DNA from: Podarcis liolepis
Taxonomy: Eukaryota
Direction: 5' to 3' (one strand)
NCBI GenBank assembly: GCA_965112155.1
Contig: OZ218098.1
DNA: 64,000 bases
The notes under the pieces were generated by a model, which saw nothing but the letters and a program-made list of their open reading frames with translations, was not told where the DNA came from and searched no databases. Position numbers and translations under genes: made by a program. Of this stretch, positions 12,316 to 24,818 are shown in pieces (the first letter of the stretch is position 1; every line of letters begins with the position of its first letter).

Positions 12316-15300
12316 CTGTACAATAAGATTCAGTCACAGAATCAACCCCTTCTACTTCTAAGGAGATTTGTAGGTCATGACAATCTGTTTGCAAAGGTAT
12401 TTGAGGCTAAAAAAACTAGAGTATGTTAAAACAGATTAATTTTCAGACATAACATTCCAAAAGGTGTACCCATGAACTTATAAGTTGCTTAATAATCTAT
12501 TGTACTTTCCCAACTTAAGGAGGTTCTGCCCATCTTCTCACAGAGTGCAACTGTGAACTTGAACCAGCAAATATTTTAAAAGCAACCATAGAGCTTTCAA
12601 GTGTTAGCTAACTAACACATTAGCTAATTATTACAATGAAAAAACATCGTCCTTGAACACAGGTTTAGCTCTCAGCCACTCAAACTTTACTTTGGAACAC
12701 CCCCAAATTCAAAATGTTTTAATGAAAACACAGAATGCTTCTGTCAGATTACTAGCTCTGGTTATTGTTTGAGGAGCACTGAGTTGAGCTACAAACAATG
12801 AAACACTAGTTTATTTTTTATACAAATATTTCTTTTGCTTTTGCATCAACCATCATATAAAATATCTACAGTCATTTTTTATCACCAAGTTCACATGAAA
12901 CCTCAAATGTTTGCCATGCACAAGATGGTCTTTCCTTATTAAAACCTTTCCTTCCAAACACTCACATCCACGAATTCACATTGCACATTCAAATCTACAA
13001 GTTTTTCACTTGTCTCCTCACAGACAACACTGTCTGAAGAGTTTCCTTACATTGAGGACTTGAAATTTTATAAAAATGAATGCCCTGTCTTAATCACTAC
13101 CGTTATTAATCTACAAATATATTTTAAGAAAGTATTCAATAAACTGTGTAGGTTTCCAAACATCAAAATTATATCAAACCTAGCAAGAATTAGCAACAGC
13201 ACTCTAGTATAAAAATTGTATTTTACCTTAACACACCAACTCAAAGAGCCCCACAGGTTTCATATGCAGCTTGAATTTGCCGCCATCCATGTGTTCTCTT
13301 AACATTAAAACTCTTCTTCTTACAGTCTCTTTCACAATTATCAGTCCATTCTTTTTGCTTTTGAGGTGTTCCCACTGCCCCAAATAGCACTTAGTATGTA
13401 GAAAGTGTGGTATGGGTCCATCCCAGCAGTTTCCTGACCAGCCCACCTGCAGCAATTTTGTCCACTCAGCAAAAGTAAGCAAAGTACGGAAAACGTCTGT
13501 TCATGCTGTCGTTTCTGAATCCGCTCTGTCTTGCTGCTGCTTCACTCACTCTGGTGGGATCTTCACGCCAAAACAACTTTATGGAATCACAGTCTCTGGA
13601 ACTTCCGACTCCAGACTTGGGATTTCACTTTATGAGGATACATTGTTGATTCATTTTCAATATTTCATTCTTCCTGCTGTCATTTTCTTTTCGTTAAATG
13701 GATATAAGCTTCTTATCTTCAGAATAAAATTAATGACGGATGAGTATCACCATTTCATTTCTTCAATGTGTTTAAAGTCCAATTACCAATTTCAGTGAAC
13801 ACCAGATGATTTCTATTTGCTCTCATTTCCATTCTTGTCTTGTGTTCATGTCCAACAAAGTTCAAAGTCTGATGCTAATGTCCGTTATGTTGATCATTGC
13901 TCCCTAAAGTCTTTCTGCTCTTCTCTTGAGTATGTATAGGCGTGGCATCATATGTAAGGAACACTGAAAACTGGTGTCAGATAAAGAAACTCTTCTGCAT
14001 AACAAATGTTGAGCAATTTAAACCAAAAATTATTTGAACACAAAACATTATTACAGCTCAGGGTTCTGCACATTGCTGATTCTAAACATTTGCGTATCAT
14101 CTGAGTTCCCCCCATGAAGCTTTTATCCCAAAAACAAAACAAAAAAACCTCTCCAAACATTGGCATTATTAATTTTCTATTATATTAAAAGTATAATAAT
14201 AATAATACAGATTTTAATAAGACATTCTTATGAGACAAGGGGCCCCAAAACATCCTGGAAAATCTCCAAATACCAACACCTCCAAAAATGCCTCCCACTT
14301 TTACATAATTACTGGTATGTAATTTTTAACAGTTTCAACTTGAATTATATGCATATTTCTGAAGAATGAACAGGCATACAGACAGTTACGCTGATACATG
14401 ATGCTAGATGTATACAATTTGTAAGGCGAGCTCAAATAAAGGCATCAAAACTCATGTTAACAAATTCCCGCAGGTTCCAAAATGACAGCTAAGAAATAAG
14501 CAAATGCCAGAGCCGACATCCTTAGAATTGTTGTTGCGTTGCTTTTAAAACAAGCCATATTCTCATTAAATATAAAAGTTGTTGTTAAAACATTTATTCA
14601 AATACTTGTGCAGCAAGAAAGCGAGTATAATTCAGGCTAAAACAGAGATGGAAGCCAGGATATTGTTTGATATTCTTTCATCTTTAGAGGGGCACCATGG
14701 AATGTGTTGTGTCCTCAAGTGCTGTCCCAACTACTGAAAAGACCCAAGGCAAAACAGTATGTAGTAGACGTTCTATAATATAATCTCAGGTGATTTGAGT
14801 GAACTGCAAACATTCAGACGTTTTAACTAGCCAAACACAGGAGTGTAACTTAAGTGATCTAAGCAAATATGTTTATGTACATCAAAAGATGTAACCCTCT
14901 AATCCCTCTCAACTGATTTAAGAATTCATCAAAGTTTGCCTTTAAGAGATTAAGACCAGACTAGCTGCTATGTGGTTGGACAAATGAAAACAAGTATTCT
15001 GGCAGACTTAAGGTAGGTTTGAAGTGATGCCAGCATGTGATTATCTGCATTGCCAAATTCCAAGGGCTACTTCTGGTTGAATTTGAAGTACCATGTCAAA
15101 TCACTAAAGAGGTTCTCTTAAGTGTCTTCCCCATTCACCCTGTGTTGCATATTCCTGTACCTGAAGACAGCTGCACGCAAGAGTTTACTGCAGAAATTGG
15201 TCCTAAATTGCAACATGTTGCATCGTTTTCTTCTGAATGATCTAGATAACAGTTTCAACAAAACAAATGAAGGTTCTGTTCTGAAACTATCCATTTCTGT

Positions 15301-18300
15301 GTTTTCCATACCAAGTTTTATCTTCTTCTACTACTGTCTAGACCTGTCCTGTTTAAAACGAATTATTCAGAGTAAGAAAATCATGAAGGCAGTTTCAAAA
15401 AGTAACTTAACCTTATTTTGCTAATCCCCTGCTTCAGAAACTGTATTAAAATTGGTCAACAGCAAAATAAGAAAAAAAAACCTCAAAAAAGAAAAACCTG
15501 AACAAAACGAACAAACCAATTGGCTCAACTCAGTAAGCTGTGCTAAAGAGGAAGGTAAACACTGTTCAAAGCAACTATGGGTGATATCAAATGTTACTCA
15601 TTCAGAAGTAGACCCATTTAGATCAATGGACTTAAGCCCACTTATTTCAGTCGGTCTACTCAATGCTAATTTAGGATTATCAGCCTATATGGTCATCCAG
15701 AAAATGATATTGAAAAAACCAGCAAAACAAAATCCTATTCAAGTGCTAGACCCACATTTCCATCTCTCTCTGCCCCAGGTTTATTTCCACCATAAGCATA
15801 TATCATATAAATATATCTTAAAACCAGTTACAACTTCTTGGTCAAAGCTGTTTATTTATGAAGCTTTTGTCTAGAGCTTAAATAAAATCAGAGAAATAAG
15901 TCTGCATGTACAAATATATGGTTTTAGATGTACAGAGAACAAGACAAGCTACCACCATATACCAATTCATACCAGGAGCACTTGATTTGAAGAGCACCTT
16001 CAAGAACATGAACCCTTAACATTTTCAATCACTTCCATAATTAGCCACCCTTAGAGAAGAGTTCCTGGCATGCAGCCATACGTCCAAGGGAAAACTCAGA
16101 CATTTAACCTTTGCTATACAGAGTCTAGTTTCAGAACTGACCTTATGGTACTGACCTTACAGTACTGCAGACTAGCAGTTGACTCAGACAGAAAAGAAAC
16201 AGCCAAATATCAACTTGGCACTGGAAGAAACTGATGTTTAATTTAATTTAATAATGATGACTATATATTACCACCAGCAGGACAATGTGAAATGTAGCAT
16301 AAACAAAGTAATAATGGTGTATTCCTCAATTATTAACTAGAAAAGAATTTTAATTATCTTTTCAGTTGACTTTTCAGGAGGGGTATGATGTCAAACAAAA
16401 TATTAACACTGAAAGATGGAAGTGAAAGATTAAACAGACTAAATTGCTTTAGCTGTATCAGAACTGCCAGAGTAGACAGTCCATTTTAAAGGATTAATAC
16501 AGTGTGGAAGTCCATCAGCTGGGGGCCCAATAACCAGTTTGAATGACTTCCAGAAAATACTGCCTTACTAGGCCTCTGTTTAGTTGAACTTCAGGTAAGA
16601 CATTTCTTCAGATAAGGTGGTAACCTCTACCCCCACCCCACAAATTAAGTACCTTAAGATTAACACCGCCATAAACCCTTAATATGCAACTTATATTCTT
16701 GAGCAAAAAAAACCCCATTGTCTGAGAATAAAAATTGAAAGGAAAGAACATTGATATCAGCCTGGGGCCAATCTTCACTGAACCTTTTACCAGGCAATGC
16801 CAGGAATTTAACCTGACACATCTTCAGCAGACAAAATATCTACTCATTGAGCTATGGTCTCTTCTTTCTCAGACCCTGCTTCTAGTGGCACAACATCCAA
16901 GGTTGGAGAGCCCTCCATAATGGCCCCCATGAGCTGCAAGGAATTTCCAGCAGAAGGAAATTCCACCTCTTGCCCAGTGGAAGTGCTTTTCACTTGTGCA
17001 TTGGGATCCTGCTCCATGATAACATAAGTGAACTCTGAACACCTGGATGTTAATATATTTACGGAAAGAAATCTTAGAAGAATGAACCCTGATATCCATC
17101 TCTACTAGTCTTTTTAGGGGATTCCATTCTCATTATATAACTGCTACTTACCCCCCAAAGCTTAATTAAGTCTGCAAATCAAAGAGACCCTGTGGAAGAT
17201 GTTGCTCTGCTCACTGCTATATTCCAGTTCCCCAAGAAACTGGAGTATTCCAAAAAGGACAAAGATTTCTGAAAGGCCACCTTGTTCGTACAGATGTGCG
17301 AGCAAGGGAGACGCTGTGAGCTAACATGAAAATAGAAAAGCAAACTTAATATTTGTTGCTCATTCATAAACATGCAACATACTTGAAATACTATATACCA
17401 ACCATAAATAAACCATATATAGTACTTTAACAGCCCCAACAAAATGAATACCATGGATCCAAAAAGCAACACTGTTTTGCCTGAAAGCTTTCCCTTGCAT
17501 TCTCCCAAAAAACCACCCTTGAGAGTAGAGGGAACCTCAAGAACAGTATGAGATGGGTGGTGAGGAAATGCAGTTGAAGGGGGAGATCGGTAAGCTGCCT
17601 TGTGCAAGTAGAAGTCCTTTCAACTTATGTAAGACCAAGTCTGGATCCAAAGCTTTACTTTTATCTCATGCAGATAATGGTAGTAACAGCTCTTGACAGT
17701 TTTGTTTTAATAAAATTATGAGTAGTAGTAGCTTACTTAAACACACTATTTTTATACAACCTAAATATAGCTGAGGAAAGTATCACCATTTCTGGGATGT
17801 TTTGACTGTGGGCTGATCAAGAAGTGTTTCAACAAGTACAATCAGCAACCCAAAGAACATCTTTCCTCAATCGTCTTTATAAAAAAAATTCACATCATTC
17901 AGTACTAAGTGTTCACTAACAAAGAATGTAAGGACTAAGAAATAAATACTAGTATTTTATTGTTAGAACACAAATCTCCAAGTTATACAAATTAGATGGA
18001 TCAAACAGCATTGCCCAACATCAAAAAGGTAGAAAAGATAGGCCCAGATCCATATTGGAACTTAACGTCCCTACTACAAGCAAGTATTCAAAATGAAGGC
18101 CATAGTCAGTTGTAAGCGCCTGCCATGTCCTTAAGGGAACGAGCTGGACTGCACTATAAACATGTAGAATTCTGCTCCTGTCCCTCCCAAAGGCTATATA
18201 GTTCTCCCCCAATCTAGTGGGAAATTTCCAGAGTGGTATGCAAAGAGAGGTTATGTAAAAAAATATAAATGTAATCCAAGCATTCATCTTAAACTGCAGT

Positions 18301-19894
18301 AAAGTTCAATTCTAGTCTGCTACATTCTATTCCTGTTGCCCTTGCATTCCAGAATCACATTTGTGCTGAATTTTAGCTTCCAACATCAACCTACAAGATT
18401 GATATCATATTTGGAAGTACTGACCATTTAAAACCACAATACCAACGAATCCAGAATTCGTCTGGATATTGACCTGATTTCAGAGAAGCTGGGAAGGTGA
18501 ATAAGCCACTGAAGTTAAGCTCTCTCTTGTTTGTGAAAGGCACATTACAGCATAAAAGCAATTTACATAAAATGTGCTACCGAAACACTGAAGGATATTG
18601 TCTCATGTGGCTTCATTCACAACCAACTCTCCTTAAGAATAATCAAGTTCACAGCAGGGTGTTTTTTTTAAATAAAAAAAGCATGTTTCCCTGTAATTTG
18701 TTTCCTAGTAATTACTAACAGTGATTGTGAAAAATGGTCATTCTATTAGATTATATTTTAAAAGCAAATTCGGATGCAGGCGATCTGCCTTTTTTCCAGG
18801 AAAGGTGACACAGTAATGCCAAAGCAAAACATGGCAAAACTGTCATACAGTCACTTGTCAGACAGTTCAACAAGCTTCAAGGTAACCAGAATATGTACCT
18901 TCACACAGTTTTAACAAGTGCCATAATAGCTCTGGGCAGTCATGATCTTTTGCAATGAATGTCTTGCAGAATAACATTTAAAACTTTCAGTGTCTAAAAC
19001 TTATATAGGATTTTGGATGTGAAATTCCTGGTTGAATAAGCCATGAAGGAGCATCTGGTGTTTATGCTGGTTTTAGTACTTTGAGCCTAGGCTCTTTAAC
19101 TCAGTTTCCCATTATGTCTGAAATTGGGAGCACTGGTTTAAAGTTGATTTACTAACCAGCATCTGAAATCTGATTAGCAAACTTGTATTAAACCTCAATT
19201 CCCCATTTCAGAGGAAAGTGTGACTTAAAAGCAGCTTGGGCTGAACCTGGCACACATGGGGAGGCAGGAATAAGCTTGATGCTTATTCTTGCTTAATGAA
19301 CTATGGTTTATTAAGAATTTTACCTCTGAGCCTGCCATATGTTAACACTCATGAAGCATAAGTGATTAACGTATAACTAGAGTAACATGTGAGTCCATGT
19401 ATAATGAAGCCCTAATGCTTCAGTTTGTTTTCCTGCTCTAGTCAGACTCACCTTTTCCAAAGTTACATATTTTTATGATGTTTTTTCTGATTACCCTTTT
19501 TAAGCTATTACTGCACCCATATTTTAGGTAGCTATCACTCATGCTATTCACTGAGCATTTTTTGGATGGGAATATCAATCAGGGAAACTAAACTGCTTGG
19601 CAGTGTCTCTAAGCACACTGTAGAAGCAAACTGAATTCAGTGGGGTGGGGAAGTAAACAGAATTAAAAAAAAACCAGTTAAATATATCGGCAAATGTCTT
19701 ACTGCAAGTGGTTGCAGAACAATGCCACTAGCAATTACATTACTAAATTAATACCCACCACCATATTAACAGTGCAATTCCGCTGCCTGAAAATTCAAAT
19801 TACCACCGTTCACAACCTTCTAATAATCTCTGTCTGTAGAGACCTTCCATACTTGCTTAAACTGAAATCTATTATTCCTTCTCCAAAGAAAAAG

Positions 19895-20475
19895 TTAGAT
19901 CAAAGTCTCCAAAACACTTAATAAATCCAGGTTGAAGACATCTGTGCCACTTTCAGACAAGAGAACACCATCTAGATGGAACAATCCTGGAGGCTCTGGG
20001 ACAAGTGAATCGTGTTTGATTATAATCCCTCCAATACGTTCCATAAAACTGCTGATTTCCCGATTTACTCTCTTCCTGCTTTTCTCCATAAATTCATGGG
20101 ACATATCTTGGCTCCATGCTTTGCGGGGTACAATATTAGACCAGACAAGGATGCTGTTCTTGAATGTTATCTTAATATGTATTATATCTTTCTTCATTTG
20201 TCTTATGAGATCATAATCTGCGTATGTCCCAAGGTCATTTCCTCCTAGATGGACCACCAATATATCAGGATCTGTTAGACGCCGCCGCGTGTGCAATAGG
20301 CTGGGTATCAACTGATCCCATGTCATGCCACTCTTTCCTAGCCAATGTAGTTTGGCATCCTCCAGTCGAATGCCCAACTGTGGGCCAAAGCTTCTTTCAA
20401 GTGCTCTTTTTTCTGCCCAGAAAACGTAAGAATGACCACATATCCATACCTGTTTCTGCTTTCTTCTGCCATCTG
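19895..20475 (-). CDS. putative alternative terminal exon of TSG101 encoding an SGNH/GDSL hydrolase-like domain (retroelement-derived type, catalytic His replaced)
   Basis: Intact frame of about 193 codons; SGNH blocks VWICGHSY, GKSG, HLGGND, DGVLLS; pyrimidine tract plus TAG/CAG acceptor in phase 1 matching the TSG101 exon 7 donor; in-frame TAA just upstream of the acceptor. Confidence 0.75.
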
Positions 20476-22534
20476 CTATTAAGAGAACAAACATACATTA
20501 ATGCTTCATAAATTTTGTGGCCCAAGCACCTCCTGAAAACTTTATTCAGTGTTGTCTGAATTATTCCATGTAAAAATCAAAACATGAGGCACCTCTATCT
20601 TAAATTACATGGCATAATAATCCATAAAGTCAACTTTATTTGAAGATTGGTGTGTAAAGTTTACAGGTAAAAATGCCTGTATGCAAGTTATAAGATCAAT
20701 GGAAAGGAATGCATGCTCATGTACCCTTTTGATCAATCTTACAAGAGCAACTGAAAATATCTTTTCTAAATAAAGTTGCTAACAATCCATTTAGATCTTG
20801 ATAAAGTATATAGGTTTGATAGATGTGCTCTATTCAGAATGAAGTTCTTCCAGATTTTTCCCCAAAATTAACAAAAGGTCAGGAGCAGAAGTCCATACCT
20901 TTCAAGCAGACCAAGCAGAAGAGAAAGCTTCGACTCTTAAGAAAGCCCAGGGAGTAGAGTTATACTTCTCTATTAAATCTTATGTAGAAATTTATGTAAC
21001 CATTTCCATGCTTTGCCTGACAGGATTAATTTTTGTTGCCATATTACATCTCCATTTCTAAAAATTCATTTTCTAAACAAAATGCTAGAAAGCTTGCACT
21101 AGGGATAGATTTTCTATTACTGCCCTGAAAGAAGAGTAATTTGATCTCTTCTAAACAATGTAGACCCCCAGTATTAAACTACAGAAAATTATCAGTTTTA
21201 CATTTTCCCTGCAATTTTCAACTTGGTTTTGTTTATGAAGTCTTTTCCTGACATGCTATCCAGTCAATTTTATAATTGTAAAAATGGTTTTATTGTTTTT
21301 AGAGTTTGCATCTTTTGTATTTGATCTTACTGTACATAGCTTCAATAGCATATGGCTCTGAAGCAGTCCATAGACCTGTAAAATAACGATAATAGTAATA
21401 GCTCAACAAAAGTGATGATAATTTTTGGAGTTCAAATATATTCTATGTGACACTGGACAAGAAAACAGTGGATGATGATGTGGCCAGGGATCTTGCAGTC
21501 TTTGTGCTAAATAATAATGTGCTTTCTAAATTATACTCTTTTGAGGGTTTTCAAGTTTTTGCTTATCACTAGAGGCAACAATATTTTCAGATTCTTATGA
21601 CTTCTCTCCTGAACAGGTTTGGTAGTTCTGGGCTAAGTAGTAACACAGGTGAGCAAGCATTTCAGCACCCAAGAATTATACTGAATGTGAAACAGAAGAA
21701 AGCTGTTGATTGGCACCTTTAGCTTACAGATCAACAAACTTCACAAAATGAAAATCTGGTGATGGTAGCTGGGCTACGTCATGAACGGCACTTCTACACT
21801 TGCATCACACACACAAAAGTGGAAAAAAATTGCAGTTTGGGAGTGTACTGGAAAACACGATGGAGTCAAGGATAGCTTGGTTCGCTTCCAGTTAAGCACG
21901 GAACTCAACTGTATTTTCAGTGCTACTCGACAGCAATCAAGGCTTCTTCACATCATCCTTAGGTACTGTTCTCCATTCTTGGCTGACATAGCAAAAGGCT
22001 TGTAAATAGGCTGTAGTACTGCATCTTGGACTGCAGTTACTCCACACTGGCCTCTTCATTCTTGTGCCCAAATGATGCTGCTGTTCAAGTTCCTGCTACA
22101 TTCAGTGGTGTGATCAAATGAAACCCACCCCTTTCTCATCATTGAAAAGTTCATAACTACAAGATCATTCCCCCAGTCAATAAGAACATAATAAATATGT
22201 AGGCTTAAAATAAAAAAAAAGCCTTCGGGCTTTAATTTATCTTGGACCTGCAAACATAATATTTTCAAACACATGTGAACTTCATTACATAAAACAGTTC
22301 AATAAAACTGAAGTTTGTTGAACAGTGAAAACAGTTAATGATTGTTCCATAAATCAAACAATGGAGAAAAAAATGAACATCTAGCATGGTTAAAGTGTAA
22401 TGTAACTGATGTTTTTGCCACGAAACACTTAATGCCCATCTCAGAAATAGGTGTATTTGGATTTGCTTTATGCTGTATATTTAGAATGAGCAATCTCATT
22501 ACATTTGGAAAAAGACACTTTCAAAGCTACTCAC

Positions 22535-22632
22535 CCACAGTAGTTACAGGAGGCTGAGAAGGGTAGTGTTGTGTGCTAGTTGTTGGTGGAAATGATCCGC
22601 TAGGGGGAGGGTAAGGATAGCTTGGGTAACCA
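22535..22632 (-). CDS. TSG101: TSG101 exon 7 (GYPSYPYPPPSGSFPPTTSTQHYPSQPPVTTV), proline-rich
   Basis: 98 bp, AAG acceptor after pyrimidine tract, GTGAGT donor in phase 1. Confidence 0.92.
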
Positions 22633-24751
22633 CTTTAAAGGGGAGGGGGAGAAAGACACAGTGTTATGCATTCTTTAGTTAATATTTCCATTCATAAGCA
22701 TTTTTTTTATACATTTAAACAATTTATAATAGACAAACAGAATTTAAAAAAGAGCCACTGATGCAGATATAAATGGTCAGAGTAATATTCAAGACCATGA
22801 GAAATTTGTTGTCATCCATAGGTTTCAGAGGTATCAATGTTTTAATCAATGTTATTCAAATATGTATAAATAAATTTCAAGTTCCCTGATCAAAGTTTCT
22901 TCACATTTGTGGATTAAAGCTGAAGATAGGTAGAGGCACTCAGTCTAATTATTCATGGTTCATTCTATGTTAGCAGTTAACAGGTTTGTACTTTGTTGCA
23001 TTATTTTCATTTGAAAAGGTCTATGTTGCCTTGGTGGTTTCATTTACAGAGGGGAGATTGAGCAGGCTTCTGCAACTGCCAGAGCATGTACACATTTTAG
23101 AGTTTCTGCATGCTACGTTACTTTCCTCAAAAGTTAGTGCCCTCTATTTCCAGTCAGTTGGTGCCATGCACTCCATTTTCAGAATAAGTTATAAAATCCA
23201 TATAGTGATGGCAGAACTAATAAGCCATCAATAATAGGAAACTAGAGACAATAATACCACAGGATATGAAAAAGGGAGATACAATACAGTACATGTGTGG
23301 GATTTCTACACTCAGAACTGTGTCTATTGTGAACAAGCCTTACTGTTTAATTCATTGTACTAACACTAGCCAACAACTAAAGGGAGAAAATGAGCCGATG
23401 TGTAGAAATAAAGCAGTCCTCAGCCCTCTTCTGTCTCCATACATTAAAAGAACATGTGCAAAAGGTAGCAGTGCATTTTATCAAGGTTGGTGTTAGATTT
23501 TAGTAGACTCTCAGATTGGGCCTCTCTCAGTTCCCCTGCCCAACAATGTGTCTTCCCTTGGGCACTCTGCCCACCAATTCTGCTGCCACCAGTCATTTCT
23601 CACCCCCTCTGGTTGTGCTTATCCAGCAGATGGCAGCGGTGTTTTTGATGGAAAACAGGCTACTACTCAGCTCTGATCTTCAGCAGCAGATGGCTGCCAT
23701 CTCAGAGACCCCAAATGCAATGCCTGTTTGTGAGCACTGCATTTTGGGGGCCCTGAGATGGTGGCCACCCACCACGGACTGGGTTTGAGTGGTAGCTTGG
23801 TTCCCATATGAAAATGGCACCTGCTGGTGGAGGGTAGTGATCGGTGCATTGGATAGAGACCCCAACGGTGGTGGAAATGCCAGGCAGGGTGTCAATGCGG
23901 GTGATAGCAAGACAGGCATCAGCTCCAATGGGGCCCTGCCAAAACACGTGGGCTGCAGCAGCTGCTCCAGCACGTTGGGTTCTAATCCTGGGTCTGTTTT
24001 GGAGTTGCTCCACCACCACTGCCCACACTGTCTATTGCTGGCTCCACCCTCAGACTTATACGTATTGGGCAGAAAGTCTGAAGGGGAAACTTGCACACAT
24101 TCAGCAGAAGGTACACAGGCTCCTCCATTTAAGTAGGAGTTCTGTGGATGTGTGGATGCAAATTTTGTGGAGGAGCCTGTGTGCATTAAGCTGAACTTAC
24201 ACATTCTCCCAACAGATCTTCTGCCCAATGCACAAAGGTCTGGGGGATGAGCTAGAGGGAACAGAGACATCAGAGACAGAAAAAAAATGCATAGCTGTGC
24301 ACCCCCCTACATGTGTTCTTTGAACATGGACATGGGAAGCCTAGGTTTTTTATATATAAAAGGGCTCTCATCAGGAGAGGATGCAGCCAAATAATGTTAA
24401 GAATGCAGGAAGCAAGCTGAAAAATTTTATAAAAAGGCAAGAACGTGAGTCATTTTAGAAGTATAGGTTTACAATGACACCAATTTTGCTCACTATACAC
24501 TTAATCATTGCTTTACTCAAATGAAGGGGGCCTTAAATGCAACCAGGGTTTTTGATGACTGTATTTAAATAACAACATATAAAAGACCCTGACTCAACAC
24601 CCAGACAAAACTGAACTCAAGATGAATGGAATACAAATCTAATGCTTTTAAAGTCCATCACTCTCAATTTCAGAAATGGGCACAACATCACATTGTCCAA
24701 TATTGACAGTGTAGTCTATTGGATCGGCAGATTCAGCAAACTATAGCTTAC

Positions 24752-24818
24752 CTTGGGTTAGGTGGTGGTCCAGGAGGGAAATGAGGCATTCCACTTGGCA
24801 TTCCTGGCATATAGGAAG
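24752..24818 (-). CDS. TSG101: TSG101 exon 6 (SYMPGMPSGMPHFPPGPPPNP)
   Basis: 67 bp, AG/GT, phase consistent; completes GPPxxxY motif across the junction. Confidence 0.93.

Noticed and set aside
20477-20494. ATG at 20494 as the start of a stand-alone 199-aa SGNH gene (MFVLLI...)
   Set aside because: The hydrophobic leader is the translated pyrimidine tract, the Kozak context is poor and no promoter is visible; a spliced exon explains it better, though an independent upstream first exon cannot be excluded
23516-24270. Cluster of overlapping 100-196 aa ORFs in TSG101 intron 6
   Set aside because: No recognisable domain, open on both strands in GC-richer sequence, and includes an inverted repeat (about 24065-24080 versus 24213-24228) typical of an old MITE
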